Part shown: piece after piece, positions 1 through 8,241 of the stretch | Position numbering within the stretch: the stretch's first letter is position 1 | Layout: each line of letters opens with the position of its first letter | DNA from: a virus | Lineage: Duplodnaviria; Caudoviricetes | DNA: 54,217 bases | Direction: 5' to 3' (one strand) | IMG/VR virus record: IMGVR_UViG_3300039448_000022 | Location: 1 to 54,217 of that record | Translations under genes and position numbers: made by a program | The notes under the pieces: model-generated | What the model was told of the DNA's origin: nothing | What the model saw: only the letters and a program-made list of their open reading frames with translations | Database searches by the model: none

Positions 1-81
1 CACCCTTAAGATCTTTTTCGTTCGGTTTAGCGATTTTCATAACTCGGCCCTATTTCCATTTCCATATTTTTCTACCCAGAA

Positions 82-99
82 AGCCCCAATAAAGGGGCT
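82..99 (-). terminator. possible intrinsic terminator hairpin in leftward early operon
   Basis: AGCCCC-aataaa-GGGGCT stem-loop; only a short T run on the minus strand. Confidence 0.35.
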
Positions 100-163
100 G
101 AATTTGCGCGGCGTCTACCAGCATCCTGCTGATACCCGGTGCCGCAAACCGGAGGCGGGTGCC

Positions 164-463
164 TTATTCTTTGCCTAGCGCCTTCTCAAACACTGAGAAC
201 ATATTCTCAAGTTCTTCTGCTTCAGCTTCGATTTTTGATAATCGTTTTTCCGCAATAACTAAAAACTCACTTGGTGAAATTAGAGTTTTTAGTTCAACTC
301 TGCATTGATTGTCTCCGCATCTATCAAAAACTCTGACGTTGCTATCCATGCGTAAGCGCTCATCGCCATGATAAGCTTCAAGCCTTTCTTTTAATTTGGT
401 GAGATCTGAAATCTCATTTTTTAACTGCTTTAAGATCTCGATCTTTTTTTCTAGCGTTTTCAT
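164..463 (-). CDS. hypothetical phage protein (coiled-coil)
   Basis: 99 aa ORF directly after csrA, with AGGA RBS. Confidence 0.7.
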   Translation of the reverse strand: MKTLEKKIEILKQLKNEISDLTKLKERLEAYHGDERLRMDSNVRVFDRCGDNQCRVELKTLISPSEFLVIAEKRLSKIEAEAEELENMFSVFEKALGKE

Positions 464-475
464 CTGGGAGTTCCT

Positions 476-667
476 TTATTTATTGCCCGATTCAGGACCG
501 TTTTTTTCACGCTGAATACGCTGGTAAATCTCTTCACGGTGAACTGAAGTATCCTTAGGTGCGTTGATACCAATACGCACCTGATTGCCTTTCACACCTA
601 AGACAGTGACGGTAATTTCATCGCCAATCATCAGTGTTTCGCCTACACGGCGGGTTAAAATAAGCAT
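476..667 (-). CDS. csrA: carbon storage regulator CsrA/RsmA (phage-encoded)
   Basis: [48 protein letters not shown] matches the canonical CsrA sequence. Confidence 0.97.
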   Translation of the reverse strand: MLILTRRVGETLMIGDEITVTVLGVKGNQVRIGINAPKDTSVHREEIYQRIQREKNGPESGNK

Positions 668-672
668 CTTGT

Positions 673-1128
673 TTACTCCATTCCTAAGTTAGATTTAATT
701 TCTTTAACTGCGGCCCAAGCGAACCCAATATGTTCAATCTCAAACATTCCGAAGTGACACTGGTTACGATCAATTCCCATAGTCTTTGATAGCAATGTGT
801 ACGCTTCAGTACGAGTCATGTGACCGTCTTTAAATATTGCTTCGAACTTGTCCTTTACCGATCTTCGTGCTCTACGAAGCTCTTCATTTGCTAGCGTGCC
901 TAGTGGGATATTTGTGAACGGGTGCATTCCCACTCGTGCATCACAAGGCACACAACGATACAACCAAGGCCAATCTCCGTAGACCTTCCCGTAAACAACC
1001 ATGTGGTCCTGAATGCGAATTTCACCGCCGCAGTAGCGGCATTCAGTGGGGGCCGGTTGTGAATCCTTCACGCGCGCAGTGGCGCGTCGTGAAGGGTTCC
1101 ATGGGGTGACAGTTTTGCGCTCTTCCAT
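673..1128 (-). CDS. zinc-finger protein, DUF3268-like
   Basis: CRYC...[23 protein letters not shown]...CHFGMF pattern; start moved to MEERK, which has a GGAG RBS. Confidence 0.8.
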   Translation of the reverse strand: MEERKTVTPWNPSRRATARVKDSQPAPTECRYCGGEIRIQDHMVVYGKVYGDWPWLYRCVPCDARVGMHPFTNIPLGTLANEELRRARRSVKDKFEAIFKDGHMTRTEAYTLLSKTMGIDRNQCHFGMFEIEHIGFAWAAVKEIKSNLGME

Positions 1129-1139
1129 GAGAGAACTCC

Positions 1140-2255
1140 CTAAGCAGCTTGGTCTAAGCTGGTGTAGCCACCAACCAACACAATCAATTGATTGCACGTT
1201 GACTCATTCAATCCGCGCTCATGGCAGAACTGAGTTAGAGCATCGAACAGCGTCACTTGATCTCTACCTTGCGCAGCTGCTTTCATTGCAGCTCCGGTTG
1301 TAACTGGTATGCCCGCGAGAGGGTTGCCAGAAGCTTCACAAGCCGGAGCTTGATACTCTGTTTCTGCTGATTGTTGCACTTGACTGATATCGTCTTGATA
1401 CGATTCTGACGTGGCCGTGCTGCTTGCGGTAGAAGTCATAAACGACTCTACTTGTTCAGCTTGTTTCAGCATGGCGTCGAGTTGATTAAGCACAGTAGTT
1501 CTGGCTTGTTCTGCTTCTTGCGTAAGTTGGCCAAACTCTTCTTCATTAATTTCGGCGCAAGCAACAGAGTTGATTTTTTTAGCGATTGCGGTTGAATCTT
1601 TTCCCAGCAAGTCCATGGGAATCATTCGCAATGCATTGACACGCTCAGTCGCAATTCGCAGCTTTTCAGATTTATCAGATTCCTCTTTCAGTCGCTCAGT
1701 TTCGACTTGCTTAATGAGCATGTCTGAAAGCTTGGCTTTGACGTCGTCGATAACATCAATGACTTCGTGAACTAGATCTTTGTGAAATGATGAAGGATTG
1801 ATATTTCCGATGGCATCAATCATCCCGCTGATTTGATCTGACGTTGATTTCAATGCCTCAGCTTCATATTGCTTTATGCTTTCGATTTGACTGCGCTGTT
1901 CTGCAAGTAATTTTTCAAGTTTCAGTTTTTCTTCTTCGGCTTTTTTCTTACGCTTCGCGTCTTCTTCTTCAAAAGGCCCGACAATCACGGCGTAAATTTC
2001 TTCCACTTCTGTCATAAGACCGCCAGCGTATTCTTTGAGGTCGTTAGAAACCCCAAGGCGACGTTTATTTATCGCTTCAGTTAGCTTGTTTCGCTCGGTT
2101 CGAGTTTTGCGCGCGTCTTTAAAAGCCTGTTCGTTAGTCATGTCTACGACGAGATCCGCCGGGTATTTTTTACGCAACTCTTCGAGTCCGTCTTGTGTAA
2201 GCTGGCCCTTGAAAACAAGTTCTCTTACTTCGTTAAAGCTATCAGTCTTTGTCAT
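1140..2255 (-). CDS. coiled-coil phage protein of the recombination operon
   Basis: 371 aa ORF, E/K-rich helical, coupled to the annealase gene. Confidence 0.75.
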   Translation of the reverse strand: MTKTDSFNEVRELVFKGQLTQDGLEELRKKYPADLVVDMTNEQAFKDARKTRTERNKLTEAINKRRLGVSNDLKEYAGGLMTEVEEIYAVIVGPFEEEDAKRKKKAEEEKLKLEKLLAEQRSQIESIKQYEAEALKSTSDQISGMIDAIGNINPSSFHKDLVHEVIDVIDDVKAKLSDMLIKQVETERLKEESDKSEKLRIATERVNALRMIPMDLLGKDSTAIAKKINSVACAEINEEEFGQLTQEAEQARTTVLNQLDAMLKQAEQVESFMTSTASSTATSESYQDDISQVQQSAETEYQAPACEASGNPLAGIPVTTGAAMKAAAQGRDQVTLFDALTQFCHERGLNESTCNQLIVLVGGYTSLDQAA

Positions 2256-3171
2256 GTGGATTCTCCAGTTTATTGGTACGTTCTTTTACTGCTTTTTGCA
2301 GTGTTTCTATTAGTATGCCTTTATCAAAAAACTGACCCGCGCATCGTTCAGTTAGCTTGCTACCAATGTGCGCTCCAAGGGATTGAATTGCTCCGTTGTC
2401 AGGTACCCGGTCTAAGTTTTTGATCTGCTCATCAAGCCATTCTTTAGTATCATTGAAGTTTTTATTTACAGAATCTCGAGCCTCATCCTCCAGACGATCC
2501 AAGGTCGCTTGCTTGCTTGCTTCAAAAGCCTTCAGCTCATTTGTTTTTCCAAATGAACTTGCCCAGCGGTAAGCGTCATTAAACGCGTCTTTAAGCTCCG
2601 GTAAGCTTTTAGCTGCAATAATTGCGTTATCAAATCGATCTGAATTCATGTTGGGTAGCGCCCACTCAGGTAGTTTTGGCGCTTGCCAGTCCACACCGAA
2701 TTTTTGATTGCTTGATTTGTCTGTAACCTTTGCAAAATTATGAAATGCGTTCGCTCGGCTATTGCATAAAACACAAGATGCAAATACAGCTTCTAAGTGA
2801 TACAGGTAGCGTCCGATTCCCAAAAGGGCACCGGCTCGCTTTAAAGCACCTGAGGCACCGCCCTTAAGAGGTTCAATATCCGTCTTTGGCGCAACGTCTT
2901 GTTTTTTAATCCAGCGGCCATCGACGAATATTGATAGGGTGCATATAAAGCCGTCTAAGTTTTTAGTTTCTTCTTGAGCTACTTCCCAACCGAACGGAGT
3001 GAAGACCTCATCAAGGCGCTGCTGAATAGCGCGGCTAGTGATATACGGGATAACGATCATCCACGGCTTGCCGTTGGTAATTCCCGCTTGCTGTGTGCGC
3101 CATTCAATATCATTGGGATCAAATGGCTCTTGAAGACGCAACATAAGTTCTTTGTTGGTGCCAGAATTCAT
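2242..3171 (-). CDS. Rad52/Rad22-family (Sak-like) single-strand annealing protein
   Basis: LQEPFDPNDIEWR...YITSRAIQQRLDEV...KGGASGALKRAGALLGIGRYLY signature. Confidence 0.9.
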   Translation of the reverse strand: MNSGTNKELMLRLQEPFDPNDIEWRTQQAGITNGKPWMIVIPYITSRAIQQRLDEVFTPFGWEVAQEETKNLDGFICTLSIFVDGRWIKKQDVAPKTDIEPLKGGASGALKRAGALLGIGRYLYHLEAVFASCVLCNSRANAFHNFAKVTDKSSNQKFGVDWQAPKLPEWALPNMNSDRFDNAIIAAKSLPELKDAFNDAYRWASSFGKTNELKAFEASKQATLDRLEDEARDSVNKNFNDTKEWLDEQIKNLDRVPDNGAIQSLGAHIGSKLTERCAGQFFDKGILIETLQKAVKERTNKLENPHDKD

Positions 3172-3434
3172 GCCGCTACCTCAGTCTTCGCAGTTGCTGT
3201 TTCGAATCGGCGCTGTATTAATCCGCTCAATCCAGTGTGAGTTTTTGCGCACAGCTCTTCGACCTGACCGTTTTTGTGACGAATTTTTGTCACCCATAAT
3301 TTCAGCTTGGGCTGATACTTCGACGGAGAAGCTAGAACCATCGGCCATAGTCCGCTTGGGTTTGCTTTTGTTGGCGCTAGCTTCACTATCCGAGTTAGAG
3401 ACTTGCTGCGGAAATATTCGATTGAATTGTTCAT
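3168..3434 (-). CDS. hypothetical phage protein
   Basis: AAGGA RBS; ends ...EVAA* with ATGA overlap onto the annealase start; preferred over the overlapping 3181..3453 frame. Confidence 0.55.
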   Translation of the reverse strand: MNNSIEYFRSKSLTRIVKLAPTKANPSGLWPMVLASPSKYQPKLKLWVTKIRHKNGQVEELCAKTHTGLSGLIQRRFETATAKTEVAA

Positions 3435-3449
3435 TGAAAATATCCTTTT

Positions 3450-3827
3450 TCACAGGTGGTAATCTCGGTCCATTTCGCGTTGCTGAAGCAGGTAATCAGC
3501 ATGCTGCTCAGCCCGGTTTTGATGCTCTGCTTCAATCACAGATTCGAGATTTTTAGCCGCGTATTTCAACAAATGCGGATAAATAACATCGTCAGAAATT
3601 TGCGTGGCACGATTTTGAAAAGGGCCGCCAATCGCAACAAGTTTTGAGAGTTCAGTCATGGCATCGCAAAACTCAACGCTGTAACCCGCTGCCCAATTTG
3701 CGAAAGCCTCGTAGTTGATTTGGGATATAACATCACCGTTAATAGCGGGGATGAACTCGTTGCTTTCTAGCTCTAGGATTTCCTGAGCTAGCGATTCTGC
3801 GCTTGCTTGGCTGAGTATTAATGGCAT
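3450..3827 (-). CDS. hypothetical protein, first gene of the PL operon
   Basis: 125 aa ORF with GGAG RBS downstream of the PL promoter. Confidence 0.7.
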   Translation of the reverse strand: MPLILSQASAESLAQEILELESNEFIPAINGDVISQINYEAFANWAAGYSVEFCDAMTELSKLVAIGGPFQNRATQISDDVIYPHLLKYAAKNLESVIEAEHQNRAEQHADYLLQQREMDRDYHL

Positions 3828-3852
3828 GTCCGTCTCCGTTCCTGAGTCGTTG

Positions 3853-3924
3853 TTAAGTTATCTTGATTTGATGAATGTAAGATAACTTGATTTGATCGTC
3901 AAGTATGAAATCAAGAAAAATTGA
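3853..3924 (-). promoter_or_regulatory. PL promoter with three OL operators
   Basis: Minus-strand TTGACG (3902-3897), 17 bp spacer, TACATT (3879-3874); operators ttAAGttatCTTGA 3853-66, gtAAGataaCTTGA 3877-90, TCAAGaaaaaTTGA 3911-24. Confidence 0.75.
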
Positions 3925-4011
3925 TTTTATTTTTGCAGGTAGGACTTAAAGGACTTGGTGCTTTGCTGAAGCGGAGGTATCAGATAGCGGGGAAGTAGGG
4001 AGGAACGTGTA

Positions 4012-4668
4012 TTAAGGTAGCAGCCAGGACATTACTATGCCTACGACTTTACCGATGCAGATCGCGTCAGACAAAGGTATCGACTCCCAACCAGGTGATT
4101 GGTTGGCAAACTGCAGCATCCTGCCTCTTATGGTCTCAGTTACGCGAGCAAGTGTTACTTCGCCATTGACTTCAAAAAGCCAAACGCTTTGCCCAGGTGT
4201 GCAGTTGCGCTCTGCAGGATCAATGATCACGACATCGCCGGGGCTAACCATTGGAGCCATACCTGTTGTTGTCTCTGTATAGATAATAGAGCCGGGCGGG
4301 GCACGAAAGCCTAGCGCTGCTTGCGCAAGTGACAATTCAGCACTTGGGTAATCATCTAAATTACCGCTCGCCAATGCTGCTGCAAGTTGAGTTTTCTCTA
4401 ACATTGGGTATTGAGGTGCCAGAACGTCAGTATTGTTTTTTGGTGAGTTCTTGCCGGTGAGTATGTAATCAGGCGAGACACGCAAAGCCTTGGCGACGGA
4501 GTGTAAGTTTTGCCCCTTGGGCGCTGTAGATCCTTTCTCCCATAGTGATATGGTCGCTTTTGAGACGCCGCAAAGCTTGGCTACGCCGTCTTGGGTCAGT
4601 TTTAACAGCATCCGTTGTTCTTTTAGCCGATCTCCAATCATACCGCTCACATTGGCCTTGTTTTTCAT
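4012..4668 (-). CDS. cI: CI-like phage repressor (XRE HTH plus S24-like C-terminal domain)
   Basis: LTQDGVAKLCGVSKATISLWEKG HTH; GMAPMVSPGDVVIIDP C-terminal motif; divergent from cro. Confidence 0.9.
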   Translation of the reverse strand: MKNKANVSGMIGDRLKEQRMLLKLTQDGVAKLCGVSKATISLWEKGSTAPKGQNLHSVAKALRVSPDYILTGKNSPKNNTDVLAPQYPMLEKTQLAAALASGNLDDYPSAELSLAQAALGFRAPPGSIIYTETTTGMAPMVSPGDVVIIDPAERNCTPGQSVWLFEVNGEVTLARVTETIRGRMLQFANQSPGWESIPLSDAICIGKVVGIVMSWLLP

Positions 4669-4691
4669 ATCTTATTTTACCCCGTCACAGG

Positions 4692-4749
4692 TAAAGATAT
4701 GTTGACAAAGGGTTTTGCATGATCTAACTTTCGAATCAAGAAAACTTGA
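4692..4749 (+). promoter_or_regulatory. PR promoter with OR operators
   Basis: TTGACA (4702-07), 17 bp spacer, TAACTT (4725-30); operators TaAAGatatgTTGA 4692-4705 and perfect TCAAG-aaaa-CTTGA 4736-49. Confidence 0.8.
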
Positions 4750-4769
4750 TTTGTCGAATAGGCGAAACT

Positions 4770-4976
4770 TTGAAAACAACAGACGTAATTAAACATTTTC
4801 GTACTGCCGTCGCTGCCGCTGCTGCGATGAACGATGACGATCCGGAGTGGACGATTAGTACGCAAGCGATTAGTCAGTGGGGCGAGTTTCCGCCTCGTGG
4901 TCGTCAGCTTCAGTTGCAAGAAATTACTGAAGGCGCTCTTAAAGTCGAAAAGAAAAAGGTTCGCGCTCATGGTTGA
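4770..4976 (+). CDS. cro: Cro-like repressor
   Basis: MKTTDVIKHF...ISTQAISQWGEFPPRGRQLQLQEITEGALK (P22/N15-type Cro); TTG start. Confidence 0.88.
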   Translation: MKTTDVIKHFRTAVAAAAAMNDDDPEWTISTQAISQWGEFPPRGRQLQLQEITEGALKVEKKKVRAHG

Positions 4977-5221
4977 TTTATCTCAACGCCAGAGCGTGTC
5001 GGCAGACGGGCGGAGAGTACGTTCCGCACGTTTCTCGCGTGAAAACGGAACTGAGCTTTTTCGTCGTCACTTGCCTTTTTTGTCGTCCAGCCTGATGCCA
5101 GTGCATCGAAGTGCGTTAGCGCTGCACCCGGTTTTTCAAATTCAGCAACGGTATGAACCAGCGCGTGAAGCGCGCATTTCAATGCCGCTTGTTCAGCAAG
5201 TAATTCAGTCAGTTCACTCAT
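4967..5221 (-). CDS. small hypothetical protein antisense between cro and cII
   Basis: MSELTELLAEQAALKCALHAL with GGCGGA RBS; fills the cro-cII gap. Confidence 0.5.
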   Translation of the reverse strand: MSELTELLAEQAALKCALHALVHTVAEFEKPGAALTHFDALASGWTTKKASDDEKAQFRFHARNVRNVLSARLPTRSGVEINQP

Positions 5222-5303
5222 ATCGTCCGCCTTTGTTGATTTGTAATCACTTTCGCAAAGGTTTGGGAAAAAAGATAAACGAAAAAAATGGAGTATTCGC
5301 TTA

Positions 5304-5768
5304 ATGGCCTCTTTAACCAAACTTTGTAAGGGTCAGCATAGACGCCTTTTTCTTGCTGCGCAGGCTGATTCAAAGACTTTTCCGGGTGGAATTACAGGAC
5401 TATCCGAACAGTTGGGGATTAATAACACAACACTGGCAAATCAATTAAATCCTGATCACGAATCAACGCCACCGACACTGGCAACGGTGTTGGAAATTAT
5501 CGTGATAACGGGGGGAGCAAGAATGTTAATCGCTCTTTGCTCACTCGGTAGTTGTGTACCAATTTCGATGATTGTTGAGCAGCGATCAAGGGAAGAAGCA
5601 ATTGTCTTGTTTCTGAAATTCGTTGGCACTGCGTCTAAAGCATTAGGCAATGGTAGTGAATTTGCGTCTGATGGGAAATTCAATAGTGAGGAATGCGCAA
5701 AGTTAGAAGTATTCCTCATGAGCTTGATTAAGAGTTCGTTTGAATTGCTCAATTCGTTAAAAAATTAG
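5304..5768 (+). CDS. CII-like regulatory protein (phage CP76/CII family)
   Basis: FPGGITGLSEQLGINNTTLANQLNPD...DGKFNSEE pattern; position after cro. Confidence 0.8.
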   Translation: MASLTKLCKGQHRRLFLAAQADSKTFPGGITGLSEQLGINNTTLANQLNPDHESTPPTLATVLEIIVITGGARMLIALCSLGSCVPISMIVEQRSREEAIVLFLKFVGTASKALGNGSEFASDGKFNSEECAKLEVFLMSLIKSSFELLNSLKN

Positions 5769-5787
5769 GTTTTAGTAGGGGACTTTG

Positions 5788-5811
5788 CCCCGCTTCGGCG
5801 GGGACTTTTTA
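5788..5811 (+). terminator. intrinsic terminator after cII
   Basis: CCCCGC-TTCG-GCGGGG followed by ACTTTTT. Confidence 0.8.
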
Positions 5812-6022
5812 TTCGTAGATAAGGGTTGTAAGAATGTTTTTATTTTTACTGATCCTCAAGTTCTTCATGGGGTTGCCAGAGCCTCAGGAAGGTGGAGAAA
5901 GATCGAAAGCGGTGATTGATGTGGTTCATCGTATTTTGACCTTGAAAGAGGGTGGAGCGCGAATTTTTGGGGTTCGTTTGCTCATTCTGGCTTAGAAGGT
6001 TCCCTCCGATTTAATCGGAGGG

Positions 6023-6112
6023 CGCATTTGACTGGTGACTGGCGTGACTGAACGAAACTCAGATACGGGAATTTTAAAGCCCGTTATGCAATTTAGTCAC
6101 CAGCCAAATGCG
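6023..6112 (+). ncRNA. candidate structured RNA (multi-branch)
   Basis: 6023-6040 pairs with 6095-6112 (17/18), enclosing two inner hairpins. Confidence 0.4.
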
Positions 6113-6323
6113 TGTACACAACAGATTGTCGTAGGTTTTTTGAACCGCGCGCAGATTTATTAAATGCTCTGGCAGATGGCCGCTTTAATTTTTTAGAGCG
6201 ATGTAGCAATAAGTAGCGCTTGAACGATTCTCCATGTCGTGATGCACCTATTGCCGAATGAATCTGCAAGCCAGTTCCGTTGGAGTGGTAGCCGCGCCAT
6301 GGGCGACAGAGCGGTATTAATAA

Positions 6324-6400
6324 GCGCCCGTAGCTCAACTGGATAGAGCATGAGTTTTCTAGTCTCAGGGTTGAAGGTTCAAGTCCTTCCGGGTGCGCCA
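6324..6400 (+). tRNA. tRNA-Arg (anticodon UCU)
   Basis: 77 nt cloverleaf: GCGCCCG/CGGGTGC acceptor, D-loop with A20, GGTTCAAGTCC T arm, CCA end. Confidence 0.93.
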
Positions 6401-6434
6401 TTAAAAATTTAATCGCTGGAGTTCGGACGTAGTA

Positions 6435-6818
6435 ATGCAGAAACGTAAAATAACAATAACTCAACAGGATCGGTTTCTGGCAAAAGAAAGAACCGGTGGT
6501 GCCTGTGGTTACTGTTCAGTAGCTATGGTTTTTGATTCTGTCTTGAGTCCAGAACAGGCAACGTTAGAGCATATCAATCCGACAATCAGGGGTGGTGACA
6601 ATAGCCCTGATAATCTTATTTATATTTGCAGAACCTGTAATTCAACTAAGCAAGGCAAGACGCTTGAAGAATATCGAATATATCTAGCCTGGTCTGAGAT
6701 CATCGAAAATCTTGGGTTTAACGTAACGCAAATTCAATGGTTGATTGAGAATACTAATATTCTTAATTCTGTGACTCCTAAAGCTGTTGTTTTTGAGTTT
6801 GAGAGGTGTGGCCGGTGA
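6435..6818 (+). CDS. HNH endonuclease
   Basis: CGYC...EHINPTIRGGDNSPDNLIYICRTCNSTK. Confidence 0.9.
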   Translation: MQKRKITITQQDRFLAKERTGGACGYCSVAMVFDSVLSPEQATLEHINPTIRGGDNSPDNLIYICRTCNSTKQGKTLEEYRIYLAWSEIIENLGFNVTQIQWLIENTNILNSVTPKAVVFEFERCGR

Positions 6819-7708
6819 GTATTATTCGCAGGGGCGCTCCGCTAAATAGAAATTTCTATATTCTGGATAAAGCTATCTCTGAAGATTCTCGCCTGTCGTT
6901 TGAAGCTCGCGGATTGCTTATTTTTTTACTCGGCAAGCCAGACACTTGGCAGGTAAGTATTCAGCATTTGGTCAATGAAAGTCCTGCAGGCAAAGATAAA
7001 ATTGCTCGCATGCTGAAAGAATTACGCACGGTTGGTTATATAACTTGTGAACGTCAGCATGGTGAAAAAGGGAAGATTGCAGGATTTATTTATACAGTTT
7101 TTGAATTCGCACAGCCACAACCGGAAAACCCGGATATGGACAAACCACAACCGGAAAAACCGGTTATGGATAAGCCACAACCGGAAAAACCGGATGCGGA
7201 AAACCCGGAGCCGGTTAAGCCAGCTACGGCTAATCCGCTACTAGTAAGTACTGATATTAATCAAGAACTGAGTTTAGTAAATACAAACACAAAGGCTTCG
7301 CCTTCTCTGTCTGGTTCGAAAAAAACAAATATCAGCTTCAATCGCGAAGACCACGATTTTTCGGCGTGGTCTGACGCAGGTATCACGGATCAAGTTATTG
7401 ACCGCTGGTTACTTAATCGACAAACAAAAAACAACCCTGTGTCACCTTTGGATATTTCTAAAAATCTTAAGGAAGTTGTTATTGCGAAAGATCAATTTCC
7501 AGATTTATCAATCAACTCTCTGATGACTGAATGTGTGATAGCCGGTTGGGCCTTGATTAAATCTGAATGGATCTTTGAACGACTAAAAATTCATGAGAAT
7601 AAGAATAAAGAACAGGATCATTACTTAACTGCTGAAGCATCTATGCAGCGATTGACGGACACGTCATGGGGTGAAGACGCTCCGAGGGATGGCCATGCTC
7701 AAAATTAA
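6815..7708 (+). CDS. phage replication initiator (O-like)
   Basis: N-terminal wHTH (DSRLSFEARGLLIFLLGKPDTW), internal iteron repeats, position after cII; GTGA overlap with HNH. Confidence 0.8.
   Translation: MSIIRRGAPLNRNFYILDKAISEDSRLSFEARGLLIFLLGKPDTWQVSIQHLVNESPAGKDKIARMLKELRTVGYITCERQHGEKGKIAGFIYTVFEFAQPQPENPDMDKPQPEKPVMDKPQPEKPDAENPEPVKPATANPLLVSTDINQELSLVNTNTKASPSLSGSKKTNISFNREDHDFSAWSDAGITDQVIDRWLLNRQTKNNPVSPLDISKNLKEVVIAKDQFPDLSINSLMTECVIAGWALIKSEWIFERLKIHENKNKEQDHYLTAEASMQRLTDTSWGEDAPRDGHAQN
7111..7214 (+). repeat. replication-origin iterons
   Basis: 30-bp period repeats of CCACAACCGGAAAA(C/A)CCGG x3 plus a partial copy, followed by AT-rich sequence. Confidence 0.8.
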
Positions 7709-8231
7709 AGTTAACGACATCGTAAAAACCAATATTGGCACACTGGCCACCGTGGTCAGTGACCTTGAAGCTGGAATGTTTTTAATTCGCTCCGAAGCGG
7801 GTGAGGTTCAAGCGTGGGACGGCTACATGCTAACCGTAGTTCATTCGGCAGTATCGATGACTAAACACTATTCGCTTCATGAGTGGATTGGTTTAACGAC
7901 CTTGCAGCGCATGGCAGTTATGTCGATCACTGTTGATAGCAAAACTGAGCAATTTAGTGACGAATTTGCATATTACGTTATGAAAAAAATTAACCAAGCC
8001 TGTTTTACCGCATTTGTGCGCGAATCCTACTCACGACTAAAAACACACAAGGTCTTCGGTAGTAAGGCAATTTTCGAAGCTCTGCGCTGGGATCGTCATC
8101 GTATCGGTGACGCTGGTGAAGAATACAAAATAAACAATAAATTTACTGCTGATGTTGCGCGTCTGGCCATGGTGATTTTTGCACCCGACTTAGACGGATT
8201 TTTCGTAACACGACATCGCAAGGTTGCTTAA
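7695..8231 (+). CDS. hypothetical phage protein
   Basis: ORF coupled to the initiator; C-terminal KAIFEALRW...YKINN motif of small phage proteins. Confidence 0.65.
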   Translation: MLKIKVNDIVKTNIGTLATVVSDLEAGMFLIRSEAGEVQAWDGYMLTVVHSAVSMTKHYSLHEWIGLTTLQRMAVMSITVDSKTEQFSDEFAYYVMKKINQACFTAFVRESYSRLKTHKVFGSKAIFEALRWDRHRIGDAGEEYKINNKFTADVARLAMVIFAPDLDGFFVTRHRKVA

Positions 8232-8241
8232 AGGGATTTAT

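Noticed and set aside
3181-3453. Overlapping 90 aa ORF
   Set aside because: The competing frame 3168..3434 has a better RBS and translational coupling; dual coding not excluded
6350-6368. CTA in the tRNA loop read as an amber-suppressor anticodon
   Set aside because: The stem register TGAGT/TCTCA places TCT at 34-36; shifting to CTA destroys the stem, and A20 supports Arg
6093-6464. 123 aa minus-strand ORF
   Set aside because: Antisense shadow of the tRNA and structured leader
7111-7214. 30-bp repeats as a CRISPR array or as copies of the GGAAA late promoter
   Set aside because: No unique spacers, in-frame inside the initiator, and no -10 hexamer at the +34 offset in the copy checked; best explained as iterons
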